NCBI GenBank assembly: GCA_036172245.1
Contig: JAYWIR010000041.1
Location: 620,001-684,000 of the forward strand
From: Raillietiella orientalis
Taxonomy: Eukaryota
Direction: 5' to 3'
Length of the DNA: 64,000 nucleotides
The notes below the pieces were generated by a model. It saw only the letters and a list, made by a program, of their open reading frames with translations. It was not told the origin of the DNA and ran no database searches. The position numbers and the translations under genes were made by a program. Of this stretch, positions 48,916-61,800 are shown one piece after another. Positions within the stretch are counted from its first letter, which is position 1, and each line of letters begins with the position of its first letter.

Positions 48916-51900
48916 GAGGATAGCATCCGTGGAGGACGAGGGCCAGGAAGAGAGCTGGAGCATCAAGGATCGGCTCTCCGCTTCGCCGCTAGAGGCGCGC
49001 CTGCCCCTTGCGCGACAGTCCATAGAGGGAACCTCACGCTCGTGGGAAGAACGCGTTTGGAGCACCTGGGGGTGACGGGCGGAGCGCGGATCGGGAAAGG
49101 AAAGATGCGTTCTTTAACATCCAATGCTGCCAGAGAGGGGACCAATGGAAGCGCGCAAGCTGGGTTGCCAAGTGCCCCCAAGGACCACAGAAGAATGAAG
49201 ATGAAGATGAAGGGCATGAGAGGCTGAATTGAGGAAAAGGTGAACAACCCCGCCCCCGCATTTGGTTGCGCTTCTCTTCAGGAGTCTGCGGATGCAACGG
49301 GATGTGCACGGAAAACTGCAGAAGGCGAGCGGCTGAAAGATTTGGATTGAAACCGTCCCTTGGAACATGGACTTTCTTTATTTTCGTTCCTATTGATTAA
49401 AAAAGTGTACTCAAAAAGGCCCACCACCTATAAGAATAGACGATCCTGACATGTACACATTTACGTATAGCGTCTTCGACAAATGGATGGATACACAAGA
49501 CGATGACGAAGGATTCTAAAGTCAACCGGCTGATTCCTCCCTATGCGACCAAGGAACCAACAAACGACTGAAATTCCGGCTGCTTTCACACAAATCACAA
49601 ATGTACATTCCCGATTTCAGCCTTAAGGAGATTAAAAAAAAAAAAAAGCCTCTAACCATTTGAGTGCTGTGGACTGCGTCCGACGAAAATTGCCAGCGTG
49701 GACTGTGGACTCGCATATGCATCAGGCAAATGCTTTTACCTTGCACACGCGACATAAGTCAACTCCATCCATGTTCGAGATGGACACATACACTTACGTT
49801 CTTATAATTGGCAACCTTAGCAACGGCAGTAAACAAAATTCTGTTTATATCGGCTAATTTATTCTCGGTGTGGCATTTGATTCATTATCGAGGTGTACCG
49901 CACCCCAATGATTTATTCGAATTATAATTTTTGAATAAATGATATCTGTTTGGGAAAAATGAAAATATTTCATTTAATGTGATGTAAATAAACAATTGCA
50001 ACAGTAACTGTAATCGTCACTTTATATAGAGTCAATCGGTGGCACCTCTGATAGAGCACGCGGCACGCGAAAAAGCCCTCCGTCCACGCAGGTCGCACCT
50101 CGCGTGCCGTCAACACGGAACGTTTAAATCTGATGAGCTCCGCACCCAAAGGGTTAAGGATGGAGTAAAACTTTCTTTTAAAAAGATTTTAAAAAAGGCA
50201 TGGGACGCCATCCTTAAACGAAACACTTGCCATCAATAGAATTGGTCTTTTTTCTTGATGAAATGAACGCAGGTTTTAGGCAAAGAGTCAAACCCTCAAC
50301 ACTGCGGCTTCCCTTCGTTCTTGTGATGGGTGAGATCCTCACTCTCGAGCAACTGCAGATTTGGGAGCACCCTTTTCCGATGAAGGAAACAGCCCTTGTA
50401 GAACCGCTCCTACCGAGAAGTAGGTTCTGGATTCTACGACAGTTGCACACATTTGGCTTTTACAATCTGCGGTCCCGAATTGCCACATCAGAAAAATGAA
50501 ACTGGTCTCTCATTGTGAATGAAAATCGCTAACGGACTATTAATCCCATCCTTTGCATCTACACGTATACTCTACGGTCTCGTCTACTATATAAACTTAA
50601 AGGTAACCTACGCCTGATTTTTTTTTAATATTTGTTATAAAATAAAAGCAAGACAATTCAGTATGCAAAAGTTTGTTATTGCACACTGATTACCAACAAC
50701 ATGGATAAGAGTGGAATAGGAATAACTGCTTCTCAATTATCTGCATGTAAATACTGAGATACGTACACAAAGTGTTAAAAGATCGAAGGAAACTTGTGAC
50801 AAGAAAGTGTGTTTTGTGTGTCCTGTCACGAAGGTTTCACTGAAGATCTCAAATCCTTTGTTTGCATGGGCCTTCTTCGTTGGAAATTCATTATGCATAT
50901 GTTGTTGAGGAAACGGTAACCTTGTTCAAAAATGAGAAAGTTCCGTTTCCAATCTTGAATTTTCAGATGGAATAATGGTTCCAACGATGAAGTAGTGTAG
51001 TGCATTTGTAGTAGTGAAGATAGAGTTCCCATGGTGAAGTAATGTAGTTCCCAAGTGTGGTAGATGGAATGGTACATGGAACGTAGATCGCTCTTGCACC
51101 TTACTTGATACGATATGATTAAAGCATGCTCCATAAAGGAAGTCTTAATGGGCAAATGTCTTCAATTTTTTAACACAACAGTCATTTTCATAATCTGAAA
51201 TCCTTTACTCACTCACTCCATGAGTAATAAACCCTCTCCTCCTCCTCTTCATATGCCGGGCATCGGAAAGCACTGCAAATGAGCCCTTTGGAGTGTTTTC
51301 CTCCGCTTAACCAACCACAGTAATGTTTCCAATGAAATGATTCCAAAACGCGAAATCATAGAGTCGCAACGCTTTCCAACTTGTCTTTACTACATCTCAA
51401 GGAAAGTAATAGTGATTAAAAATCATTACACGAAAATCATTACACCTGTCACCGTGGAATAAGAATGTAATTGCTGTTGTTTAGTCTTCCACAATCTGCC
51501 ATCACACGGCTTTCGAACGGCATCATCACAAGCAGCTGAAGCATAGGAAGAAAGTGAACGCAGTGAGAAGAATGGCCGATGGGCGAAACAGCGTGGACGT
51601 AATCAGCTTAGATGAATTTCGTTCGGGTTCAGAGAGAGATTAGCCCGCTCTGATGAACGAAGAGTGGATCCTGTCTCGGTTACTTGAGAAGATAGACACT
51701 CTGTTGGTTCAGCATCTCAAAGTGCTGATGGACTTCCACAGATGCAGCCACGCAGGAAAGTGAGCAGATAAAAATCTTTGGAGATAAACAGCCGAGTCTC
51801 CCTGGGAAGGAGTTGCAGACACCATTGAGCGAAAAAGCAGTTGCTACTTCTGATGTTACCAAGGACACCAGCACATTGGCGTCTTATGCTAAACGTTTCG

Positions 51901-52049
51901 CTGAGCTAAACGGAATTCACTTCGTTTCATTCATTTGGCTCAGTCATGAGTTGCGTCTCACCGCTTCCGTTTTGCCTGCCAGCAGAGAATAACTCCGACC
52001 AGATCTCCGAAAGCCGTCTCAGTCTGTCTATGGGCAACCAAGCATCTCA

Positions 52050-54000
52050 AGGCACTAATTTCCTCCTCATCTTCTATTGGAGAATAATGGGAACCGTCTT
52101 TCGGTAGTGTTCCCTGCATGGTTGCATCGAATCTATCGAAGGACTATCCGAAGTTTCCAAAAATTCTTGGATTCCGTTAAGATTTCAGTAGCTCAATAGA
52201 TTGGCATTTTCCAGCCTCCCCCTTTCCGCGACCTCGGAAGCAAGAACGAGCACTCAGCTTCTTGAAAGGATAGGGACAAACATGTCTGGATTATTGCTGA
52301 TTCATTCAGATTGGATCTACCGACAGCAGCGGGAAGGTGAGAGACATGACCCCTAGATTTCACTCATTTCAGAACGAGAATTGGTTTTCTTCCGCGTTGC
52401 TGTAATAACCCTCAGTCGAGGGTTCAGCTTTGGAACTGCAATTCCTGTAGAAGGACGGGGAAGCTTGTAAATAAGAACTCCGCCTTCGGACGTAAGGATT
52501 CACTTGAGCTTGAGCAAAGCGAACTTTCTCTCGGTGATTTGCTGCTATCAGGAACTTGCTCTGTGCTCTGTTCAACAACACAAGCTCCCTCCCGGTAAGG
52601 GTTTACTCACTCGCCCGGGCCACACACGGAGTCGTTCGTGGCCAAGTTGGGTTCTTGTTGCAAACTTGTGCCAGCGAATGTCAAAGGTCTGCATTGGGAA
52701 GGCTCATTTGGTCAACTAGCGAAAAATGAAAAGCACTCTTGGGAGTGCGTAGAACACGTTCCGTAAGGGGGAACCTGAAGAGGTAGAAATGCTCTCTTCT
52801 CGGCCTTTTGGCTAAGATCAATGTGAAAGTGTTTGTGGACAGCTCCACGCTTCCCCTGAAGTGAGGCAGGACTCGGCATTGCAGCACTGGGAGATCCCAT
52901 GCAGCGCACGAGTCCACCCCTGGACGAGAAAGGAGTGTAGCCCCAGACTGTGCCAGGTGCGGGTAACGGGAAACCTTCCCGCACCTGTTGTTGGATTGTG
53001 TTGCCCCTCCCTCCTGAGTGGCTGGGAACGCTTCGCTGCGGTCCTCCCACTCCAAAGAGCAATGGCAGAAATGTTTTGCGGTGCTTCTTCATGCGCGACT
53101 CGATGTCGCCTGCAGCTTCCCTTCCAGCCTTGTGCTGCCTTCGTGGGATCGTGGCCGCGAGAAGCCACTCCGAAAGAGGCCAGTCGAACGGTGATACCAT
53201 CGCAGTTGTCTGCTACTTCATGAGGAAGGCGGCAAGGTGGCCACATCTCTCTGCCAGCAAAAGGAGGAAGTTGCCAGAATCCTCCAGAGGATTCTGAGGA
53301 TGCCAGGAAGAAATCTGTAATCCCTTCCCTTACGCACCACCCGTCAACATTTTTTTTAAACTGAGCTTTTGTGTTTTTTTTTTCTTTTGCTTCCGTTTAC
53401 CCCTTCCCCCACTTCTCCTGTGCGGACCTCACAGGGGAGCTGCTCACGAGAAGCAACACCTCCGAGGCATTTCCCTTCGCAGTGATGATGTGAAGCCACT
53501 ACGAAGGAACATATCTTATATTTCATATGACTTTTTTTGTAAATATTTTTTTTTTTTTTACAATAAACGCCCCGGCGTGACCAAGTGAAATAAAGGGGAA
53601 TCTCTCCGGAAAGGAATTTCAGATTTTCTCCACACCAACTGGATACAGGTTGTGCTCTATGTTCCGATTTACATTTTCCCAGAAGATGCACAATACCCAA
53701 GAGGGTGTTTTCTTCCCTCCTTGCCCCTTTCAGAACAACAGGAATCACCACTTTCGCAGGTTTTTGAAGGAAAGACTTGGAGAGCGACCTTCTGCGCTCG
53801 TTTTTGCGTTTCTCGACGGCCGGAACACCAGTCCCCCGGATTTCCCACCGAGAGGAGCAAGCCGGCATCGAAAGCAGGGTCCCGGCAGATCACCGACTGA
53901 AAATTTTCCAGCTGATCCATAAGCCCCACTTTTCGAACTTCTAAGTGGGGGGGGATGAGATCGAGCGGAATAAGACGACAAAGCGGCAACTGAAGCGGTT
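52050..54000 (-). mobile_element. Old LINE ORF2 EN-end/linker remnant, host of a nested insertion
   Basis: QLENFQSVICRDPAF (cf. WKLNxSLLxDPxF) at ~53.9 kb; TLTGRELV at ~52.59 kb; PKAEFLFTSFPVL (cf. GLxAEFY) at ~52.47 kb. Confidence 0.4.
52777..53590 (+). mobile_element. 5'-truncated LINE (zf-RVT plus 3'UTR)
   Basis: DSSTLPLK...LQHWEIPCSARVHPW...NLPAPVVGLC; ends aataaacgccccggcgtgaccaagtgaaa. Possible decayed TSD taagggggaacct (52764-52776) / taaaggggaatct (53591-53603). Confidence 0.8.
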
Positions 54001-57000
54001 AGCAGGGAAACAGCCAAACAAAACAGGTTTGTTGGGAGCCTCAGGGATGAAAGGAGAGAGGATCACTTTGGAAAATCACGGAACATCCATCACGGAAAGG
54101 GAAATGAAAGGAAAGCGTGAAAATGGTTTTTACACGCTCATATGTGGAACTTTCTTGTAACTTCCAAGCCTCGAGTTTCTTAAAATGAAAAGCATCCGTT
54201 GAGTCGGGACTCAGGACTGGGCAGGGTCTCCCGATTTCAAGGATGCTGGTAGCAGCAGCATCCAACTAGGGTATCATTAATGGATGTCCGGTTCTCCGTA
54301 AGGGATCACATACGTTGCATCAGGAAGGATGGCAAACATGACCCTCCGCGACTCTTGTGCTCGGGTAAAAGATCACTGCCCACAAGGATTCACCGTGGGC
54401 CAAAAGAGGAGTTTGAGTGAATCGGCTGAGTTTCGCTTCATCTCAGAGAAACAGTAGGGAAACCAAATCAGCAACCACACGCTGAAGCAGAAAGATGCCT
54501 GAAGAACAATTTCTAATGTGAATTCTTTCCTGTGACTTCTCAGCAGGAAGACGGGACTTTCAGGTTTTGCTGTGATTCAAGAAGCATCAGATTTCTCCGA
54601 CGATCACATTTACCCGGAGATTGGGAAGTTTTCCGATTGAAGTGACCAACAACGATTTCTAAAGGCAGAATTGTATTGTGGAGTCAACTTCCTCTGGAGC
54701 CTCCTTGTAGTGAATGAGGCAAACCGTTGAACGAAACAGTTATTCTCTTGTATATTCATATACAACTACTTCGAGTCTCCTTAAACGTTTGCGATCTGTC
54801 ATGATCTCCAGAACGTTAAGCATCCTCTTCGTGTAAGCTGAGTGATTAATCGTACCCGCTGCATCTCAGATCTTGGAAGGAAGTGTTTCGGCACTACGTA
54901 CTTGTCGATCTTCATTGGTGGTGGCTCTGTTTCCACAAATGCACTCATTTCTTACATGGGTGGTTTTTTTGGAAGTTCATAGGATGGCGCATCCAAAATT
55001 CACAGAGTCAAGAGACTTCAATTAGAGTTTGAAATCACACAATCACATTGACAATTTCTCTTTTCGTTGCTCTTGTTTCTTGTCATCTTTTCAAATCAAA
55101 CCACCGCCATTGTTTGATGCAAACTGGTTGCCTAGATAGAGGATGCATTCTTCAATACGAGAAGAAAAGAAAAAAAAAAAAGATTTTTTTTGTGCCCACT
55201 GGTCGAACTGAGTTTCCATTCGAAAAAAATTTTCAATCTACAAAATGTGCCAACCATGTGACCACTTCGGTGCCCCTCCGCAACGGTGCTTTTACAAAGC
55301 AGGAACCACGTTTGCTCCATCCGTCAGCGCAAATAATTTGCAGCACTGCCTTGCAGATTTAATGGGATTACGCTCCGTTTGTAGCTCCTTCCACATCTCT
55401 TGCGACGACCGTACTCTTAACGAGGAATGGTTTTTTGTGAGTCCCAATATATATATATATATGTATACATACATTTTACCGAAAGTAAATCTGGAATAAT
55501 CGATTAGCATGAGATCACGGAAAGCAGTCGTGACGAATGCTCTCTGATCTCTGCTGATTTCGCAGCTGTGCATGACTGCATTCATCAGAAAGAGCAACTG
55601 CTGCCACATGATGCTCGCGTTTACCTGTTACCTGCAGCATCACGTCTGCAGGCGCCCGGTGTGCGCAGACCACGCAAAGCACAGCATCTGTTAATCGCCG
55701 CGAAACGTTTATGTTAATTGCTCGGGGTCTCATACAGGGGAAGAACAAGAAAAGAATCTTGGGCACATAGGTACATAGGCGTGTACATAAATGCCACGTT
55801 TTCACGTCGCTTGTTTTCCCACTGCAAACTTTTGACGGAAGTTGCTGGAGGAGGCGAAAGGAGGGAGAGAGGATCCGATTAAGTCTTGCCGGGTGATGTG
55901 TACCACTCGCTCCAACTTTGCGTTTGCTGGCGACGCTCCCATTCTGAAAGCTGAATTTTGCGGTTCGGGTCCACGTCGCTTATCTGGTAGTGGGCAACTC
56001 GTGGGGACTCTTCCGGTCACCTTCATTATCTTATCGGGATCTTAGAAAGTTGTCAAAAACGTCAGAATGCTCAACATGTTGTGTTGGTTCATAAATATTC
56101 CTCGTGATTGCATGAAAAATCAGGAAAGGAAGGGGAAAAAAAAAAAAAAAACTGAAATGTAAATATGCATTTGTGAGGAGGGCTCTTTTTAAGGAGAGCG
56201 TAGGAATATTTCAAGAGGTCATAGCTGTTCAGATGGGAGTTGTGATGACAGAAGTGTGTCTCGTGTGTTCCCATCCGAATTTCGCAAGCCCCACGGAAAC
56301 GAATTCTGTTGCAACTCTGACCTTCCTGCCAGCTCTCGCCAGAAGTTTCGTTCCGTCTCAGCTTCCAGTTTTGCTTTGCTCTCTCGGGATGCATTGCTTT
56401 AAGAGTGAAATCTTCCTTGGGTAGCAAATAAGGATGATATGGCCGTGCTTACGAGAAAAGCCACACCCTCTAGGTAAAAAAAAAAATGCACCGTGTTCTC
56501 ACCGCAACAGCAACCGCTGTTCCTCATTTGAGGACAGCTTGAGATGACCCCGTTTGCGTTAAAGTAACGAAAAATGACTTCCTGGAGATTATTTTAAAAT
56601 TTTCACATACCAGGACGATCCCACAAGTGCATTTGTTTCTTTAATGTTTAATCGGGACATCCGTATACTTAGAAAACTACGTAATTGCCCTATCCTAAAA
56701 TTATTGCCACTTCCCACAAAAATACGTATGTAACACTCTCTATAAGCATATTCTAATGTTCAACTGATGTTGTATTTAATGTAACAAGCGTATTACAAAG
56801 CTATAGTGTAATTAATGCAATAGCCTTATTATTCAGCCATATTCTTTGCGTAAAAGGAAGAGTAAAAGATACATCATTATGGATTGGAAATTTTCAAAAA
56901 ATCATTGGATAAGTTGAGAACATTTCTTCTTTATTAGTGTTGTTCATAACTTAACCCTTATTTATTGCTTGTTGCACACTTTTGCGCTGTATGTCCTTTC

Positions 57001-57052
57001 CTTATTTGCCCTTCCGATTTCATTTGAGAATTGCTTGTGCAAGTGAGGGCTG

Positions 57053-57097
57053 ATGTACAAACAAACGCAAATCACACGTTCACCCAAAATACTGCAG
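57053..57097 (+). CDS. Candidate first coding exon of the sHSP-like gene
   Basis: MYKQTQITRSPKILQ followed by a cag/gtgacc donor in phase 0. It joins in frame to the ACD exon and would supply the strand preceding DV. Confidence 0.35.
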
Positions 57098-57454
57098 GTG
57101 ACCCTAACAGTCATCATGTCATTAAAAGCTCAAATAGCTAATGTGTGCGATAGCATCTATACATCGGCGTTGGTACCACGAAATTTCTTTTATTATAAAT
57201 TATACTTTGCTGTTCTCCTGCCCGATAGCTTAGGCTCGTCGTGATTCTGACGTATGCAATGTAATGAACTTTATCGATTTTATTTTTTTTTTTAATCAAC
57301 AGCCGTTTTGGGGATTTTCTTAAAAATGCTCTCAAATTTGGAAGAGTTTGTTGGACGGGTTCTCTCGAAATCGCTGGAATTCTACGCATGGTGACCGAAA
57401 GCATGTCATCATTAATCACTCACTCCAAACGGATGAATCTTTGGCTGGTTGCAG

Positions 57455-57676
57455 GACATCTGCGACGTGAATGGATTTTACCCGGAAGACTTACGAGTCC
57501 GAGTCCTTGACGAGAAGCTGATCTACGTGGAAGGCGCCCACAGCGAGAGGCCACATGAATGCGGTTCTATATCCAAATCCTTCTGCAGAAAAGTACCACT
57601 GCCTTCCGGAGTTCAGCTTCGCCTTCTACAGGCCCACGTGAGTAATGGATGGATGGTCGTCCACGCACCGAGACAG
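57455..57676 (+). CDS. Alpha-crystallin (small heat-shock protein, HSP20) domain exon
   Basis: DICDVNGFYPEDLRVRVLDEKLIYVEGAHSER...GSISKSFCRKVPLPSGV...SNGWMVVHAPR matches the metazoan ACD consensus DV-x-F-x-PEEL-x-V...VEGKHEE...SR-x-F-x-R-x-LP...DG-x-L-x-AP. ttgcag acceptor and gtaggt donor. Confidence 0.85.
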
Positions 57677-57771
57677 GTAGGTTCCCAGCTTCAACTAGAG
57701 CGAAATCTTTGCTTCCTCGCCGGCTAGGGGTTCTTGAAAGGATGCCCGCTATGGGATTCGGTTCATTTTAG

Positions 57772-58845
57772 CCCATGTGCCGAACCAACCCGTTCGAGAT
57801 GCTCGTTTCCCTGTCGCATCCTGCTACCCAGTGCCCTACACCCAAGCAGGTTGAAGCGATCCCGAGCACTTGCCAAATCAAAGAACTGGTGAAGGCGATC
57901 CTCGTGGAATTCGAAAGTCAGAGAACCTGCCAAAGAGATGCGTCCATTCAGACGTGCTCGGAAACCGACAGACGTTCCTGTGCCATTTGCCCACCGACCA
58001 AATGCGCAGATCTCTCCGTTGAGACTAGGAAGTCACCAACGCATAGATCTGCTCAAACCTGCGACAGCAGCCTTCGAACTTGTACGAAATGCCCCTACAG
58101 CAAGAAAATAGTCAGCACTGCTGATAGCATGAGGAGCTTTGCTAGGGACCGGTGCTTGGCGAGCTCTGGAATGGATGAACGAATACGGAAGTACGAGATG
58201 CTGCGCGATAGCAAATCATGGGAGGAACTCTCTAAATCGGCTCTGCACCCGAAGGAGAGAGAAACTAATCGCTTGATGCTTCTGGGGGAGATGCAGCAAA
58301 GAAGAATCCATATGAAAACGAGCACCCGCTGGTACCCTTCTGAGAGCGACAGCTCGTCTGAAATCATCGCCGAGAAGACTTCGGGGACCACCATTGCAAG
58401 GATGAAATCATTTGCGAGGAAAATTTTTGATTTTTTTCAAGATGTCACAGGAACAAGTGGAGTCGGGATTCCTTTGGAATCTTCGGTTGAAACCAAAGAA
58501 TACTTCTCGGAAAAAGCAACTGAAATCTTGGTTCCAGCTGTCCCAACAGTAAGAGTTCTTCATGCAGTCAAGCCTGTCCTCTTGACACAAATTCATGCCG
58601 CTCCATTGACAGCGGAGAGTGGACAAACTATGACGGACTCCATAGATGAAGATACAAAAGATTCGGCCACTGGGAAAAGGAATTCCTCAGACGAGCAAAG
58701 CAATCAGCTCGGGTTAAAAAAAAAAACTCCGATGACTGGAAATGAATCTGTAGCAGAGCATTCCTTCGAGAATAAAAAATTCATCATGGGAATATGCGAA
58801 TGCTCACATGGTGGAAACTTGCACTCTGCAAGAAACTCGGTATAG
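57772..58845 (+). CDS. Long terminal exon of the sHSP-like gene (Cys/Ser/Thr-rich C-terminal extension)
   Basis: An uninterrupted ~357-codon frame in AT-rich sequence. The 95-nt intron 57677-57771 (gtaggt...tttag) joins it in frame to the ACD exon. Confidence 0.7.
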   Translation, partial: PMCRTNPFEMLVSLSHPATQCPTPKQVEAIPSTCQIKELVKAILVEFESQRTCQRDASIQTCSETDRRSCAICPPTKCADLSVETRKSPTHRSAQTCDSSLRTCTKCPYSKKIVSTADSMRSFARDRCLASSGMDERIRKYEMLRDSKSWEELSKSALHPKERETNRLMLLGEMQQRRIHMKTSTRWYPSESDSSSEIIAEKTSGTTIARMKSFARKIFDFFQDVTGTSGVGIPLESSVETKEYFSEKATEILVPAVPTVRVLHAVKPVLLTQIHAAPLTAESGQTMTDSIDEDTKDSATGKRNSSDEQSNQLGLKKKTPMTGNESVAEHSFENKKFIMGICECSHGGNLHSARNSV

Positions 58846-61800
58846 AAACATTTCTCTGGTGGTTTCCTAGCTTTTTGCGTGCTTTTTTGTTTATTTGTTT
58901 TTGGACTCGATCCATGTTACTGAGTTTATTTTTATAAAACTGCCTGGCACCACTGCGCGAAGGTTGGATTTCGTTAGATTTTAGCTCATTTGCGTTGGGA
59001 TTATCTACAAGCACCATGTAAATGATCAGGACAGGCCAGGACACGAAATTTCGTTGCGCTCCTTTCGACTGCATCTTCCATCCGCTTACTTATCACGACT
59101 CTTACTTTGGGGGTGGTTTCTCAGTGCTCTTCTAAGCCGAAAGAAGCAGTTTAGCGTGTGGATTTCAGATTAAAGTTTCATGCTTTCCTGGTATGAGTTT
59201 GGGATTATTTGCATCTTGCATTCGACGACCAAGAATTTCTTCCGGAAAAGGAGGAAAGGAAGGAGATTCCGACATATTTTCCCAGGAAAGAATAATCCTT
59301 GATGCGATGCCGCAGCACATTCTGCCTTATGCCCATTCTGTCCTCCCTACTTGAGTTCTCACTGAGTAGGGAATAAATCCTTGGATTTCGAGTTTCATTT
59401 TAGGTTCGAATTAACTTGATATTTCGCTTACGCTTGCGCGCTCCTGTTTCCGTTAGCCTTTGGAGTCTTTCGGATGCAGAGTCCCTGAGACTCATTCCAT
59501 CTTGTCGAATCAGATGAGCAGCAGCAGATGCGTGCTGAACTCTTGATGATGTATGTATTTGACCGTTCACCTCCTTTAATCGTTCTGCCTGTCCATGACA
59601 GCAGCAACCCTACGAAACCTCTTGCGCTACTCATTGAAAGAACACGGATGGATTTACTGCTTTTCCTTAGCGATGAGAATATATCAGCAGGCGAGACATC
59701 CGATGACCCATGGTGACACGAAATGCTCTACTACGTAATTCAAAAAAACTTAGCGATGAAAAACTTTCAACCGCTTATTTTCTCTAGAACTTGCTGTGCA
59801 GGAAATATCATGGAAACCGCTGGAAAATGATGGGAACTTGGTTTCTTCTGTTTCGGTGATTGCAACCGACTTTTTTCTTACTGAACGACTCGTCACGTTT
59901 TGGGCTTTCAAGAGCTCAAAACGTGACGAAACAGTACAGAAGTGCAATACGCGTACTTTTCACATAATTCAATTGTTATCTTATCAATCCATGATCAGGA
60001 CCCCTGCCTGCCTATCTAGTGTACACTAATTACAATAATTTAACTTGGCATGTACTTGGTTGCAGCATTTGAAGCCCAATTAACAGAGATTTTATACAAT
60101 ATCATGTGCATATATAATAATTGGTTGTTATGGTAGCACCGAGATGCAAACACCGAATCCCTGCCTTCTTTTTTTTCTCGCTGATGCTACCCAGAGCAGT
60201 GAGACGAGATGGAATCGAACCATTAAAATTTTATTTATTCATCGTAATCTGTTACGGGCCTAAATCATGATTGTTCTTTCCAGAAACATCATGATTGACT
60301 TCTTGCGAACGAAAATCCGAAAATGTTTTTTTATTTACTGGACGAGTTCTCCGTGCATCTGAATCTTCCTCACTAAATGACGATAATTTATTCTTCATCT
60401 AATGAGATCGTTATTGATCTATTGAAGAGTTTTTTACTTTTCATGTCTTCTCTTTCTATGGCTCAGCGCGCAGGCAACTTCTCATGTACAGCTGTGTTTC
60501 TCTTTTTCATCAGTCAGTTGTAAATTGGATACTCTGGTACAGACCGCTGCTTCCTCACTTCTCTGCGATATTTCCATAATGTTGCCTTTTCAATCTCCAT
60601 TTTTTTCCACTGGCATATTGTCTTAACCACGTGTCTTTTGCCTCCATACTGAAAACGATTGCCACCTTGTCTTTATTCACTTGTCATTGCATGGAGGACG
60701 GAGGTTAGCGAGTTGTACGATGTTGTTTTTGAGCTGAGCAGCAGCGAGATGCTCAGTACAAACTCCTTTCATCAGCATAAACTTTCCGGTTTTCTACATC
60801 CCGTTTTTGGTGCAAATTCTGCGTTCCTTATACCCCTGCCCTTGTCTCCATGCTTTTTTCAAACAAATCTTCCTACCCCACAAATGTTTCCTTTAAGATG
60901 CTCTCTTTGGATAAGAACGATTCTTATTTCTAAATTGGTTTCCTAAATTTCTCGATCAGATCCGTTTGCTTTGCTCCAGGCTTCTTGAAATTCTCCTGGA
61001 TTGCCTTTTTCAGATTCATTCGTGTTTATGCTATTGTAGCAAACGTTTCCCTTCTTACATTATGTAAACTGCCCGTTCCCATCTGGTATTAGAAAAAAAG
61101 CAACTGAAAGATAAATGACATATCTATTTTCCTATTCTTTGATCTACTCCTAAGTGTGCTGCATTCCCATTTTTAATGCCTTTTCTTGACTGGAAGCGTG
61201 TGGTCTCAACAGATTTATTTCCAGTAATGAGGAAAATCATCGCATGATTTCTTGTCAACGGACTTATGAATGCCTTCAATGTTTTCGTCTTTTTGCTCTC
61301 CCTTTCCGTGAATTGCTTTCTAAAATGTGATTCATAATCCGAATTCTTCTTGAGATCATTGTGGTTTATCCGCCCAATTATGTATCTTGCAAAACTTAAT
61401 CATGTACAATTACATATACGCGATTGAAAAATCTTCAAGCATGTCATTGACAAAATAAGCGATCAACCTTGAAAATTCCCTGCAGTCTCCTATTTCAGCT
61501 AATGAGTCATATTTTAAGAAAACTAAGTTATACATTGGGATGAAGGGTTCCCGATGGTCTTTCAGACGAAATTTGACTTTTTGTGTTCTTTTTTTAAAAA
61601 TTAACACTCCATTATGCACTCATTTGTAACAACTATTACAATGCAACGGAGATGATCCCTTCCTAATATGAAGTCTGTCGACCAGATGGAACACAAACGA
61701 AATCCTGAATTTCTCTCATTATCACCATCATTGTCTTACAGTCCATCCTCGTTGATCATGCTTCCATCATCTGACACATTTTCATAAAATTCTCACATGG

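Larger units (their letters stand above)
44913..49330 (-). mobile_element. Older LINE ORF2 (RT through zf-RVT) plus 3'UTR, host of two nested insertions
   Basis: AALDVKERIF (cf. LDxEKAFD) at ~49.1 kb; DP..APALFLAL at ~48.95 kb; WTTRELTDAATPS...LPLKWQESVILMLHWG at 46.96-47.2 kb; CGERESLPHLLMDC at 45.7-45.78 kb; terminal aataaacgccccggcgtaactgggtatgaa at 44913-44942. Confidence 0.8.

Noticed and set aside
50128..50172. ctgatga-gctcc...ggagt-aaaac hammerhead-like string
   Set aside because: GAAA is replaced by AAAA and stems I and III cannot be formed.
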